DNA of 64,000 nt from an uncultured delta proteobacterium (GCA_963790475.1 CAWBOS010000012.1:1088001-1152000), one strand, 5' to 3'; shown: positions 39,937 through 50,262, counted from the stretch's first letter. Notes: generated from the letters alone by a model not told the origin. A program made the numbers and translations.

Positions 39937-40223
39937 CTTCGATCCTCTATAACCGCATCCGAGAAAGGCGTCCCCTGAACCTTGACACGTTTGGGAAGGC
40001 CAACAAATTTTTGCCTGGGTGGAAGTTGAATAAGGCCTTTTTGAGCCAATTGACGAAGGGTGGATTGAATTTTTCTTTCTTGTTTGCTTTCACTGGGGCG
40101 GATTGGAAGGATTTGGGCAATCTCCGCACCCCGCTCAGTAATCAAAATTTGTTCCCCTTGTTTGACCTCTTGAAGATATTGACTGAAATGAAGTCTCAAT
40201 TCACGGACACCGGCTTTTTTCAT
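39933..40223 (-). CDS. Phd/YefM antitoxin
   Basis: GVRELR..FSQYL..VK.GE.ILITERG; ATGA overlap with the toxin. Confidence 0.9.
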   Translation of the reverse strand: MKKAGVRELRLHFSQYLQEVKQGEQILITERGAEIAQILPIRPSESKQERKIQSTLRQLAQKGLIQLPPRQKFVGLPKRVKVQGTPFSDAVIEDRR

Positions 40224-40243
40224 TGTTATTTCCTTTTTGAATT

Positions 40244-40282
40244 ATGTTGCTACATTATATTTTTATGTGACTACATTGTCAA
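40244..40282 (-). promoter_or_regulatory. Consensus promoter with two palindromic operators
   Basis: TTGACA-17 nt-TATAAT on the - strand; ATGTTGCTACAT (40244-40255) and ATGTGACTACAT (40265-40276) overlap it. Confidence 0.8.
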
Positions 40283-40449
40283 GAAAAAGATTATGGCGGG
40301 ACCGAACTGCTTCCCGGGTGGGCTTGGGATGTTCACCCTCAAAGTTGGAGCAATCTTAGAATTTCATTTCTCTTGACCTGCGATATCTATTCATATATTT
40401 TATTTCCTGATTGATTTTCCAATAAATCTATCCGACTATTGCAGGCATT

Positions 40450-41583
40450 GTGACTCAAAAAGACCTTTTTTCAGATCTGCTGGAAGAAGTGGAGGAAATA
40501 GCCTCCCGAGGCTGGCCGGAAATTGCCGCTCATCTTCCTCCGGGACGGATTTCCATCGGCTATTTCTGTCCCTTCGTCCCCGAAGAACTCCTTCAGGCCG
40601 CCGGAGCTATTCCCATCCGGCTGATGGATATCCCGGTTAAGATATCCCATGCCCAAGCCCATCTGCCGGCTTATTGCTGCCACCTGGTCAAATCCTCTTT
40701 GGAAAATTACCTCCGAGGAAAATTGGACTTTTTACAGGGAATCGTATTCTGTCAAAGCTGCGACACCATGAAAGGTCTGGCCGATATCTGGGCCATTCAA
40801 GGACGCCTTTCTTTTCAGTTCAACCTGATTGTCCCCACCCGTTTGAATTCTCCTTTGGCCAGGGATTATTTTAGGATTGAGCTGGAAGGCCTTAAAGCGG
40901 CTTTGGAAAAAAAGCTGGGGAATATCCCTGCGGAAAGCCTTCGGGAAGCGATCAGGCTTTTTAATCATATGCGAGACCGAATTCGGACCTTGTATGACCG
41001 AAATCGGCTTGATCCCGGCCGTCTTTCCGGAAGAGGGTTGGCTAACATTATTCGGGCCGGATATCTGATGGATCGGGATCAATATCTCAAGTTGCTGACC
41101 CGGTTGTTGGATTCCTGGCCGGAGCAGCCCGAAGGTAAGACTCCCGGAATACCCCTTTATCTCTCAGGAAACATAGTCCATTCAGGCGATTGGTTTTCTT
41201 TGATCGAAGAGGCGGGGGGCAGAATTGTCTACGACGACCTGTGCAGCGGAGCACGCACCCTGCGTTTAACGGTTAAGGAAGGGGGCGATCCCTTAGACGC
41301 CTTGGTGGACCGCTATTTTACCACTTTTCTCTGCCCGACGAAGCACCAGGGAATCGAGACCCATCAAGAGCTCCTTTTAAAAGAGGTTCGGGAGTCAGGG
41401 GCCAAGGGGGTCATTTTTATTTTCTACAAATATTGCGAATCCTATTATTTCGACTATCCCGATTTGAAAAAAATTCTGGAGGCCGAAGGTTATCCCACGT
41501 TGTTACTGGAAATCGAAGATCCTTCCCAATCCAGGGAACAAATGAAAGTCAGGTTGCAGGCTTTTGTAGAAATGCTTTCTTGA
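40450..41583 (+). CDS. 2-hydroxyacyl-CoA dehydratase/benzoyl-CoA reductase family subunit
   Basis: FVPEELL.AAG, YCC, SCD, DDLCSG, KYCE, RLQAFVEM motifs. Confidence 0.88.
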   Translation: MTQKDLFSDLLEEVEEIASRGWPEIAAHLPPGRISIGYFCPFVPEELLQAAGAIPIRLMDIPVKISHAQAHLPAYCCHLVKSSLENYLRGKLDFLQGIVFCQSCDTMKGLADIWAIQGRLSFQFNLIVPTRLNSPLARDYFRIELEGLKAALEKKLGNIPAESLREAIRLFNHMRDRIRTLYDRNRLDPGRLSGRGLANIIRAGYLMDRDQYLKLLTRLLDSWPEQPEGKTPGIPLYLSGNIVHSGDWFSLIEEAGGRIVYDDLCSGARTLRLTVKEGGDPLDALVDRYFTTFLCPTKHQGIETHQELLLKEVRESGAKGVIFIFYKYCESYYFDYPDLKKILEAEGYPTLLLEIEDPSQSREQMKVRLQAFVEMLS

Positions 41584-41591
41584 AGTTTAGC

Positions 41592-41712
41592 GGTTGATGA
41601 AAAACGCCCATCTGCTGCGTTTCCCTCATCCTTCGTCATTGCGGCGTACAGAAAAGTACGCCTCATTCCTCAGGATTTCGGGGGCCTTGCATCTGGACAT
41701 TTTTGATCAACC
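41592..41712. repeat. MITE-like intergenic repeat, copy 2
   Basis: TIR GGTTGATGAAAAA / TTTTTGATCAACC; body similar to 29370-29526. Confidence 0.75.
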
Positions 41713-41756
41713 TTATTAACGGATATTTTCAATGTCCAAAAAAGAAGCACAAAAAA

Positions 41757-42983
41757 ATGGCAACAAAAGGAAAAACCCAAAAGTCCTATCGGGAGATTGA
41801 GTCCGTTAAGGCCTATCGCCGGCTGATGCAGGGTTATTATTTTATGGCCACCCATCCCAAATGGTTTGGGAAGAAAACGGCCTGGATCACCAGCGGCGGG
41901 CCGGTGGAACCCCTCTACGCCATGGGGGTGCTTCCTTTTTACCCGGAGAATTACGGGGCCATGTGCGGGGCCGGGCGAGAATCGGTTTCCCTGTGCGAAA
42001 TAGCGGAAGCGCAAGGTTATTCCCGGGACCTCTGTTCTTATGCCCGGTTGGATATCGGCAGTTCCCTCAGCGGGAAGGGTCCTCTGGGGGTCCTGCCCAA
42101 ACCTGATTTTCTGGTCTGTGCCAACAATATTTGCGGCACAGTCATCAAATGGTATGAGATCCAGGCCCGTAAATTTCAGGTGCCCCTCTTTTTCCTGGAC
42201 ACGCCTTTTATCCATAAGGAACTGACGGACCATACCCTGCAATATGTCCGGCGGCAGATGGAGGAATATGTGGCTTTCCTGGAAAAAGTTTGTGCGCGGC
42301 CTTTTCCGGAAAAGCGCTTCCTGAAGGTTGCCGCCAGATCCGTTGAGGCAGTCGCCTTATGGAAAGAAATCCTGGAACTTTCCCGTATTCACCCGGCCCC
42401 TTTTGCCGCCTTTGATGCCTTCATCCACATGGCCCCCATTGTCACCTTGCGGGGAACCGGCTGGGCCGTGCGCTATTATCAAAAACTTAAGAAAGAGCTC
42501 GAAGACCGGGTGAAAAAAGGGCAGGGGGCCTTCGCCCGGGAAGAGATCCGGCTGATCTGGGACAATATTCCCATATGGTATGACATCCGGAATCTATCCC
42601 AGCTTCTGGCCAGGCAGGGGGCGGTCCTGGTGGCCGACACCTACACCTCGGCCTGGACCTTAAAGCCTCTGGACCTGGGCAATCCCCTGGAGAGCCTGTC
42701 CCGCTCCTATGCCTCTGTTCTTCTCAATTTGGGATTGGGGCATAAAGTGGCCAACATGACGGAATTGATGAAACAATATCAGGCGGATGGATTTATCATG
42801 CATTCCAACCGGAGCTGCAAGACCTATTCGCTCGGTCAGTATGATATTAAGAAAAAGGTCTCAGAACTGACCGGCAAGCCGGGTTTGATCATCGAGGCCG
42901 ATCACACCGATTCCCGAAGCTATGCTCCAGGACAAGTCGAAAAGCAAATCGAGGCCTTTGTGGAAATGACCCGGGGAAAATAA
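41757..42983 (+). CDS. 2-hydroxyacyl-CoA dehydratase/benzoyl-CoA reductase family subunit
   Basis: YPEN, DLCSY, NNICGTVIKWY, NRSCK, IEAD motifs. Confidence 0.88.
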   Translation: MATKGKTQKSYREIESVKAYRRLMQGYYFMATHPKWFGKKTAWITSGGPVEPLYAMGVLPFYPENYGAMCGAGRESVSLCEIAEAQGYSRDLCSYARLDIGSSLSGKGPLGVLPKPDFLVCANNICGTVIKWYEIQARKFQVPLFFLDTPFIHKELTDHTLQYVRRQMEEYVAFLEKVCARPFPEKRFLKVAARSVEAVALWKEILELSRIHPAPFAAFDAFIHMAPIVTLRGTGWAVRYYQKLKKELEDRVKKGQGAFAREEIRLIWDNIPIWYDIRNLSQLLARQGAVLVADTYTSAWTLKPLDLGNPLESLSRSYASVLLNLGLGHKVANMTELMKQYQADGFIMHSNRSCKTYSLGQYDIKKKVSELTGKPGLIIEADHTDSRSYAPGQVEKQIEAFVEMTRGK

Positions 42984-43015
42984 AACTAAAATGACGTTCT
43001 CGGAAGGAGAAAAAT

Positions 43016-43849
43016 ATGGATCGATTAAACCGGGTTTTTATTATGCCTGTTATTTTACTGGGACTGATTTTATGGGGATGGTCAGCCGTTCCTTCGTCGG
43101 TTGAGGCACGCAGACCAATCAGCCCTCCTAAACCTAAAGCCGCAGCCACAGAATCCTTGCCAGAATGTCCTCCGAAGGAAAAACTCCAAGAGGGAATCCA
43201 TAAGACCTTTCCGCAATTAAAGTTTGAGATCATTCGGATCGAACCAAGCAGGATTAAGGGTCTCTGTCAGGTTCAACTTAGAATAGCAGCCCAAACCCAT
43301 CTCCTCTATGTTGATGCCCAGGGGGATTTCCTGTTGGCCGGAAATCTTCATGAATTGAAAACCGGGAAGAATTTAACCCAGGAAGCCTTTCAAGTACTGA
43401 ACCGGATGAACCCCGAGGAACTTCAACAATTGGAATCCCTGACCGCCTTGACCTTGGGTCAGGGGAAAAAGGTGGTTTATCTGGTAACCGATCCCCAATG
43501 TCCTTATTGCAAACGAGCCGAACCCCTTTTGAAGAAGTTGGTGGAGGAAGAGAACCTAAGCGTTCGTTTCCTTTTTTTCCCTTTGGACTCGCACCCCGGG
43601 GCCAAAGAACAGTGTATTTCCATCCTCTGCGACAACAAAGGGATAGAAGGATATGACAGCGGTTATCGATCGGAAAACCAATGTCCGGAGGGAATAAAGA
43701 AAGTGGCCGATACGACGGCCTTCATGCAGAAGAAAGGGATTAATTCCACCCCCTCTTTCATTTTCATGGATGGAACCCACCTCTCCGGATTACCGAGTGA
43801 AGAACAATTACGGGATCGAATGGGATTATCAAAACCCCTTCCGAAATAA
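43016..43849 (+). CDS. DsbC-family thiol:disulfide isomerase
   Basis: TDPQCPYCK, STP cis-Pro loop, N-terminal dimerisation-like domain. Confidence 0.88.
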   Translation: MDRLNRVFIMPVILLGLILWGWSAVPSSVEARRPISPPKPKAAATESLPECPPKEKLQEGIHKTFPQLKFEIIRIEPSRIKGLCQVQLRIAAQTHLLYVDAQGDFLLAGNLHELKTGKNLTQEAFQVLNRMNPEELQQLESLTALTLGQGKKVVYLVTDPQCPYCKRAEPLLKKLVEEENLSVRFLFFPLDSHPGAKEQCISILCDNKGIEGYDSGYRSENQCPEGIKKVADTTAFMQKKGINSTPSFIFMDGTHLSGLPSEEQLRDRMGLSKPLPK

Positions 43850-43884
43850 TTCATTTTTTCTATTGATGTTCGAGAGAACCGCTT

Positions 43885-43932
43885 AAAAATTCAGAGGGAA
43901 AGCGCTCGAATCTTTGAGCGTCTTTCCCTCTG
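43885..43932 (-). terminator. Hairpin terminator between convergent genes
   Basis: CAGAGGGAAAGCGCTC...GAGCG(T)CTTTCCCTCTG with AAAAA on the left side. Confidence 0.6.
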
Positions 43933-44225
43933 GTGAGGGATACCTTAAAAACTACGACCTTTTCCCGCAATATTTCCCCATTAGAAAACCCATCCGATGA
44001 GCCTTTTGCGATAGCCGGATAATTTGAATTTTTTCCTAATAGATCATCTCCGTCCGGGCGGGGTTGACATTTGTTGATTCCAAACAATCGTCAAACCAGA
44101 TCCCTGACCTATTTTAAAAGAATGGATGTGGTGGGAGGCTCAGAGAAGAGAAAAAAGAAAAGGGACAGTTTATATGAATTCTATAAACTATCCCTTTTGA
44201 TAAATGATCCAATAAATACAAGAAA

Positions 44226-44474
44226 CTATTTTTTTTCGGCACCAGTGGCACCAGTGGCACCTGTGGCACCAGTGTCACCTTTCGCACCAGTGTCACCTTT
44301 CGCTCCAGTATCTCCAGTCGGTCCAGGAGCCGGAGCCGGAGCTGCTTCGGGGGCTGTTTGTTCAGCCGCAGGTGGGGCCGGCGGCGGAGCCTCCTCCTTT
44401 TTCTTACAACCCATGGCAAAAGAAAAGACCACAAACAACATTGCGACGAGCACTAAGGAAATTATTTTCCGCAT
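44226..44474 (-). CDS. Small lipoprotein with Pro/Ala linker and collagen-like tail
   Basis: AGGAGG RBS; lipobox AMGC; GPT-GDT-GAK-GDT-GAK-GDT-GAT-GAT-GAT-GAE. Confidence 0.85.
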   Translation of the reverse strand: MRKIISLVLVAMLFVVFSFAMGCKKKEEAPPPAPPAAEQTAPEAAPAPAPGPTGDTGAKGDTGAKGDTGATGATGATGAEKK

Positions 44475-44624
44475 TTTGACTCACCTCCTTTGCTTAATTT
44501 ATAATGCTTAGTTCAGGTAACTAATAATCAAAAAAAACCTATCTTTTTTCAAGAAGATAGACAACAGAAACTCATATTTAAAGTGTGATAATAGGCGATC
44601 TAAAAGCCTATGTCAAGATAATTT

Positions 44625-44897
44625 TTACTTGATCACTTCAATATCAATCAGCCTTAATTTCCCATTTTCTCTCACAATTTCCCCCATTACCCAATAACCT
44701 ACTTGCAGGTCGGACAGCTCAAAGTCCGAGGCATCCAGGACTTGGTCGTTTATGGTGATCGTTCCCCGTTTTTCATTGATCTGGGTTATGCGTCCTTCAA
44801 TAGGTTCCGGTTCGCTGCCCCAGACTTCAAGGCAAAGGGAAGTCAAAAGCAATAAGGCAATGATTAGATAAAAATGGGATTTTTTTGGGGAATTCAT
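44625..44897 (-). CDS. Small exported hypothetical protein
   Basis: Signal peptide; IEGRITQI...TITINDQ beta-rich; ATGA-type overlap with the upstream gene. Confidence 0.65.
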   Translation of the reverse strand: MNSPKKSHFYLIIALLLLTSLCLEVWGSEPEPIEGRITQINEKRGTITINDQVLDASDFELSDLQVGYWVMGEIVRENGKLRLIDIEVIK

Positions 44898-46003
44898 TTA
44901 GTCGATCCTTTCTCTTTTTTTAGGATCTTCTGTCTGACTCCGGCCATCAGAATAGGCCAGGCAATCGTGGCATCACATAGAACCTCGGCATAACGGCCTC
45001 CATCCTCGATAGGGGCGAATTTCCCCCAGGAAACCCCCTCGGAATAGGTGCAGCCACTTAAGCCGCCCCAATGGGCAGGTTCAGGACAGATACGAACTCC
45101 ATAAGAAAAACGTTTTAATGGAAGGGGTTCCTTTAAACGGTACTGGAGGATTTCCAAAAACGGACCAACTTGTTGGCCCCAGTTTCTCGGCACTCCTCCG
45201 CCGATAGTAAATATCCCTAGTTTGGAGGCCTTTAGGATATTCTGAGTATAGGATCCCAGATCATAAAAAGGGTTAAAGTTAAAGACCATCCGGCCCAGGG
45301 CCTCGGCCGGACTCCCCGCTTTTTTCTTTTCCAAAATCTTTCTGATAACACAGGTGGCCATATCCAGACCCAATTCCGAATCGGTGAAAGCCGGGATATA
45401 GACCGGGACCCCTTTTAAATAGGCGTTTCGTAAGATGCCGGGCTGGTCGGTAATTCCCGATAAATATCTTCCGACCTCCCGGCAGAATATTTCAGAGGAG
45501 AGGGGGGCTGTTTCCAGGTCTATGCCTTCCAGAACCCGGGAAATGATTTCCTCAATATGGTTGAGATTCTTTTCCATTTCCAGGGTATCATAGATCCGGT
45601 TATACCCCAGGTCATACAGGTCGGCGTCCGATTGCAAGGGGTTATGCTTGTAATGGGTTAAGCCAACCGATTCAATCAATCCATGGGCCATTAAGGCCCC
45701 GGTGGAGATGATAATATCCAGCCAGCCCCAGTCGATCATATCGCAAATGATCAACCCCATCTTGGCCACCGACATGGCTCCGGAGAAGGTCCCAACTTTC
45801 AGACAGTCGGGATCAGAGATCATTTCCGAGAATACTTCCTGGGCCTCACCCAGGGCCCGGCCGCCAAAGGCCGTTTGGGCCATACCGGAAAGCAAAGAAG
45901 TAAAATCATTACTCTTTTTAATATCGAGGCTTTTAAGACGGGTTAGTCCGTCCTGGGATCCGTCGTGCAAATCGGTCCAGGATCGTACTTTATGTTCGGA
46001 CAT
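44894..46003 (-). CDS. Deoxyhypusine synthase-like protein
   Basis: TAFGGR, ISTGA, PAFTDSELG, IGGGVPRN, GGLSGC..SEGVSWGK, DATI motifs. Confidence 0.9.
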   Translation of the reverse strand: MSEHKVRSWTDLHDGSQDGLTRLKSLDIKKSNDFTSLLSGMAQTAFGGRALGEAQEVFSEMISDPDCLKVGTFSGAMSVAKMGLIICDMIDWGWLDIIISTGALMAHGLIESVGLTHYKHNPLQSDADLYDLGYNRIYDTLEMEKNLNHIEEIISRVLEGIDLETAPLSSEIFCREVGRYLSGITDQPGILRNAYLKGVPVYIPAFTDSELGLDMATCVIRKILEKKKAGSPAEALGRMVFNFNPFYDLGSYTQNILKASKLGIFTIGGGVPRNWGQQVGPFLEILQYRLKEPLPLKRFSYGVRICPEPAHWGGLSGCTYSEGVSWGKFAPIEDGGRYAEVLCDATIAWPILMAGVRQKILKKEKGSTK

Positions 46004-46898
46004 AGGGGTTATCTTTCTTCGTCTGAAAAAACAGATAAGAGAGGAATTTAAACATCGATTTGGCAACCACAAATTCCGACAAGCGAGACCCCGGTATGGG
46101 CATAAGCTCACAAATATCCGCTCCCCGGACTGGTCCGCGCCCGATAGTAATCTTGAAGACCTCGAGCAGATGATGCCAGGCCAATCCACCCGGCTCCGGA
46201 GTTCCGGTCCCGGGGACCAGTGAAGGGTCCAGGGCATCTATGTCCAGACTGAGATAGAGATTTCTACCGGCCATAGCTGATAGATCGTTCCGGAAACGGT
46301 CCAGGCCGTTATTAAAAAGGATTTCCTGACTGGAATAGGAGCGGATTTGGGATTGACTATCCAGAAATTCTTGTTCTTCTTTGGATAAACTACGCAGCCC
46401 GAGGTGGAAAATCGGACAATCCAACTCGGCTATCCGCTTGAGGGTACAGGCATGAGAAAAGGAGGTTCCTTCCCACGATTCCCGTAAATCCGCGTGAGCA
46501 TCCAGAACCAGGACCACCAGATCGGGATAATTTTGTTGGACCCCTCGAACCAGGGGAACAGCAATGGTGTGTTCTCCTCCTAAGGCCAGGATTATCTTTT
46601 TTTGTTCCCGGTAGGATTTCAAGCGTTCATATATGTCGCCGATCATCATTTCCGGACTATGGTGATTCCTGGGGATATCGGGGAGGGTCAGACAGGTTCC
46701 AAGGGACATGGGTTCCCAACCCAATTCCTCGTCCCATAGTTCGACTTGGCTGCTGGCCTGAAGGATGGCTTCTGGCCCGAATCGGGTTCCCGGTTGGAAA
46801 CTGGTCGTCGAATCGTAAGGAATAGGTTGGATGAGGACATCCGCCGTTTCTGGAGAAAGGCCTGTTTCATCCAATCCCAGAAAATTAAGGGTTCGCAA
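45990..46898 (-). CDS. speB: Agmatinase
   Basis: GTRFGP, GGEH, DAHAD, DIDALDP, GTPEPGG motifs. Confidence 0.92.
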   Translation of the reverse strand: MRTLNFLGLDETGLSPETADVLIQPIPYDSTTSFQPGTRFGPEAILQASSQVELWDEELGWEPMSLGTCLTLPDIPRNHHSPEMMIGDIYERLKSYREQKKIILALGGEHTIAVPLVRGVQQNYPDLVVLVLDAHADLRESWEGTSFSHACTLKRIAELDCPIFHLGLRSLSKEEQEFLDSQSQIRSYSSQEILFNNGLDRFRNDLSAMAGRNLYLSLDIDALDPSLVPGTGTPEPGGLAWHHLLEVFKITIGRGPVRGADICELMPIPGSRLSEFVVAKSMFKFLSYLFFQTKKDNPYVRT

Positions 46899-46961
46899 AA
46901 GATTGTCCTACTAAGTTGTGATGAAAATCCTGATCCAGAATTTCCTGTAAGAATACGACAC

Positions 46962-47513
46962 TCAGAGTAAAAAAACGGCTGCTACCACCACTGTTGTCCA
47001 AATACCGTCTCCTCGGGTTGTGCAGGTTGTGGAAAAAGTGTCTACAATTTTGCCGCTCATTCGATAAATTTCCCGACGTTCATCATAATCCTTTTGAGGG
47101 TCAAAATCAATTCCCAGCGTGGTAGCCAACATGGTAGAGGCTAAATCTTCGGCAAAATCGCCCATTTCTTTTTCGTTCTCACCAAAAGCCGAGTGTTCCG
47201 ATAAATAACCATAGTGATATTCATCCGCCGGAACGGCCAAACCAATGGAAGCCCCCATCAACCTCTCAGGTTCGTTGGAACTGATTCTAGCCAAAACACA
47301 GAAGGTGATTTGTCCGGGTAAAAGCTCTCTGATCCCTTCTTCAAAAGGGATGATTTTACAGTTTGGAGGGAAAATGGAGGAAACATATACCAGATTGCAT
47401 TTTTCGATTCCGGCATCTCTCAAAGCCAGCTCAAAGGATTGAAGCTTGGCTTTGTGTCTCCCTATCCCCTTGGTAAAAAATATTTTTTGGGGAACCAGCC
47501 AGGCATTATCCAA
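46962..47513 (-). CDS. Pyruvoyl-dependent arginine decarboxylase (start uncertain)
   Basis: [19 protein letters not shown] (Ser-Ser cleavage site), YGYLSEH motifs. Confidence 0.88.
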   Translation of the reverse strand: MDNAWLVPQKIFFTKGIGRHKAKLQSFELALRDAGIEKCNLVYVSSIFPPNCKIIPFEEGIRELLPGQITFCVLARISSNEPERLMGASIGLAVPADEYHYGYLSEHSAFGENEKEMGDFAEDLASTMLATTLGIDFDPQKDYDERREIYRMSGKIVDTFSTTCTTRGDGIWTTVVVAAVFLL

Positions 47514-47619
47514 CCGGCCGTGTTCTTTTATTTTTTTTGTTTTAGAGATTTTCAACGCGTTGGTCCTTAATTTTTGAAAATTCAAATCATATATGATAAT
47601 TTTTGAGAAAATGTCAAGA

Positions 47620-48360
47620 TTAAAATAAAAATAGGCGCTTTTTCATTTCTCGGGCGCCCAATTCCATTAATGGCTTGAGTTGGACGATGTCCATGGTGTT
47701 GTAGAGAATTAAGCGTTCCAAAGCGGATTCGTCTCCCCATTGGTAATCATTCCAGAGAAGAACGGCATCGAACCCATCTAATCCTGCCACTGCCGGATCC
47801 CTTAAAAGGCCTACCTGTTCTTCAATGGATTTCAAGCCTCCCCGAAGCCCCAATTTTCTCAAAACGAAGCGCAGATCTATGTGAGCCGGGGGGAGGTCTA
47901 TATGTCTGAACCACCGTTTGAGATAAGGCAGATCGAAGCAGGACCCATTAAAGGTAATGACCAGGGGAAAAGGGGCCAGGGCCTGTTCAAAATCATCTAA
48001 GTTGAGGCCGTTAACGAAAGTCTGGACCTTCTGGCCATCATAGAGCCCGATAACCGTGATCTCATCCAATCCCTGATACCCTCCGCTGGTTTCGATATCC
48101 AAAAAAACGGCCCGATCCTGAAAAGATTCATAAACCCTCCAGAGATCGGATGGAGGAAGACTGTTTACAAAAAAAAGGAGGTCATGGCGATTTTCCAGGG
48201 AGATTTCAAGTTCCCGGCGTATGACGGCATCCCGGTCCAGGGAGAAGACCGGCTTCTTATGATCCAGGAAGTCTTTCCAGGTTCGGATGCCCCGGTTCCA
48301 AAGGAGCCGTTCGGTTTTTGGCCCGATCCCGGATATATGAATAAAGGTATGTTCTAACAA
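47620..48360 (-). CDS. YprB/RNase H-like 3'-5' exonuclease domain protein
   Basis: FLDIET, TFNG..FD, GGLKSIE, YN..D motifs. Confidence 0.85.
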   Translation of the reverse strand: MLEHTFIHISGIGPKTERLLWNRGIRTWKDFLDHKKPVFSLDRDAVIRRELEISLENRHDLLFFVNSLPPSDLWRVYESFQDRAVFLDIETSGGYQGLDEITVIGLYDGQKVQTFVNGLNLDDFEQALAPFPLVITFNGSCFDLPYLKRWFRHIDLPPAHIDLRFVLRKLGLRGGLKSIEEQVGLLRDPAVAGLDGFDAVLLWNDYQWGDESALERLILYNTMDIVQLKPLMELGAREMKKRLFLF

Positions 48361-48557
48361 AAGGTTTAATTTCTCTATTTTAAAATCTTTATCTGAAAAT
48401 TTTTTTCGAAATGGAGTACCGGAGAACAGAAGTGATGGTCTGAAATACCAATACGATAACTCTCATCACTCCCATTTTAATAAGCCCCTGTAACCGGCTG
48501 GGGATTAAGGTAAAATTGAATATCTCAGTTGGGGACTTAATCAATATGAAAAATAAG

Positions 48558-49079
48558 TTAGATCCGCGTCAGCAGTGATGAATAATCATTATTTACTCCG
48601 ATCATATCCAGTAATACCGAAATCTGGCCCCGGTGATGCGTTTGATGATTGAACCACTGAAGCAGAATCTTCCATACTTCTTTCTCAACGTCATCTCCTT
48701 TATAATTCTTATAGTTAATAACGGAATTCAGGGTATCTTCGTCGATCTCTTCAACAAATTGCATAATAACATTATCGGCCTTCTTCCGTTGTTGAAACAA
48801 TTTGGTATAATCAGTCTCAAATTTCTTTCTCAAATTTTTTCCATCTAAAGAAACAAGCTTGCTGACAGTTAAGGCATTGCTTTCTTTGAAAACATCCCTG
48901 AAACGTTTTAGCCAAAAGAGATCGGAGAGGAAGAGGTGCAGCATGGTTTCGAAAATGGACGGGAAAAAGGCCTTTGTTTTGGTCATAATTTTTTCTTCGC
49001 CCAAGGGCTCAATTAATTCTATCAGACTCTGATCAACGCTGCTGTTATACTTGGCGAGTGCCTGAAAAACGGGTTTCAT
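48558..49079 (-). CDS. DinB-family protein, copy 1
   Basis: FPSI..TM.H, FNHQTHHRGQ motifs. Confidence 0.88.
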   Translation of the reverse strand: MKPVFQALAKYNSSVDQSLIELIEPLGEEKIMTKTKAFFPSIFETMLHLFLSDLFWLKRFRDVFKESNALTVSKLVSLDGKNLRKKFETDYTKLFQQRKKADNVIMQFVEEIDEDTLNSVINYKNYKGDDVEKEVWKILLQWFNHQTHHRGQISVLLDMIGVNNDYSSLLTRI

Positions 49080-49570
49080 TATTTTTCCTTTCTAAGGAAG
49101 TTTTAAGAATATTTATTTATAAATTTTTCCCAACGGAAACGGTTCAGATTTAATGAAGTATAAAGCCTTTGGGGAATCTTCTTTTGGCTGATGTTATACG
49201 ATGTTAAATGGAATGTCCCGGATAAAAGGGAAAAAGTTCTTTTAAAGGATTATCCTTTTTCTCAATAACGAACCCTTGCGGATCCATCATGAAATCGCTA
49301 AGTTTGCATTCTTGGGGATCTTTCCATAAGTTGTGAATGTAATTACGTACTTCCCGATCGAATGAGCATTGTATACGGTATATCATACGGTTGTTTAGCA
49401 CAATTAGGCAAGTAAAATTTGTATATCTTCTTTGGCGACGGTTTAATTATCCTTTCACAATAGGCGGCAAGGCGCATCGGGTTCTATCTTCCCAAGTGAA
49501 AGATTTCCCTCAATCGACGTCTATCCGGCCTCCCACTAAAATTTCCCCCTATATCAGGAAAAGGCTTCGG

Positions 49571-50092
49571 TTATATCCGGGTCAGCATGGAAGAATAATC
49601 ATTATTGACTTCTATCATATCCAGTAATACCGATATCTGACCCCGATGATGCGTTTGATGATTAAACCACTGGAGAAGGATCTTCCATAAGATATTCTCC
49701 ATCTCTTCTCCCTTATAGTTTTTATATTTAAAAACCGAATTCAATCTATTCTCATCGATTTCTTCAATAAATTGTCGAATTGCCTCATCGGCCCGTTTCC
49801 GATACTGAAACAATTTTGTATAGTCTTCCTCAAACTCTTTTCTTAACCCTTTAAAATCCAAAGAAACGAGCTCACTGCCGCTTAAGGCCTTACTGTCTTT
49901 GAAACCATCACCAAAACGTTTCAACCAAAAGAGATCGGAAAGGAGGTTATGGTTCATGGTTTCGTATATGGACGGGAAAAAAGCCTTTGTTTTGGCCATG
50001 ATCTTTTCTTGGGTTAAAGGCTCAACTAATTCTAAAATAGTCAGATCAACACTTTGGTTATACTTAGCAAAGGCCTGAAAAATGTTTTTCAT
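49571..50092 (-). CDS. DinB-family protein, copy 2
   Basis: Same length (522 nt) and motifs as copy 1. Confidence 0.88.
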   Translation of the reverse strand: MKNIFQAFAKYNQSVDLTILELVEPLTQEKIMAKTKAFFPSIYETMNHNLLSDLFWLKRFGDGFKDSKALSGSELVSLDFKGLRKEFEEDYTKLFQYRKRADEAIRQFIEEIDENRLNSVFKYKNYKGEEMENILWKILLQWFNHQTHHRGQISVLLDMIEVNNDYSSMLTRI

Positions 50093-50262
50093 TCTTTTTC
50101 CTTTCAAGAAAAATTTTGAAGAAATTAATCGACAATCTTTGGATAACATAACCGGCTAATTTGTCAAGAAATTTATTTCAGTTTTGACAATCCCAGAATC
50201 CATCCTCCGAACAATCAGTCAGGTCGGTTTCATTCCCCAATCCGAAAATGACCAATCCTTAT

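Noticed and set aside
43935-44070. Possible c-di-GMP riboswitch or ncRNA
   Set aside because: Some pairing potential but no GEMM consensus, and no gene positioned downstream.
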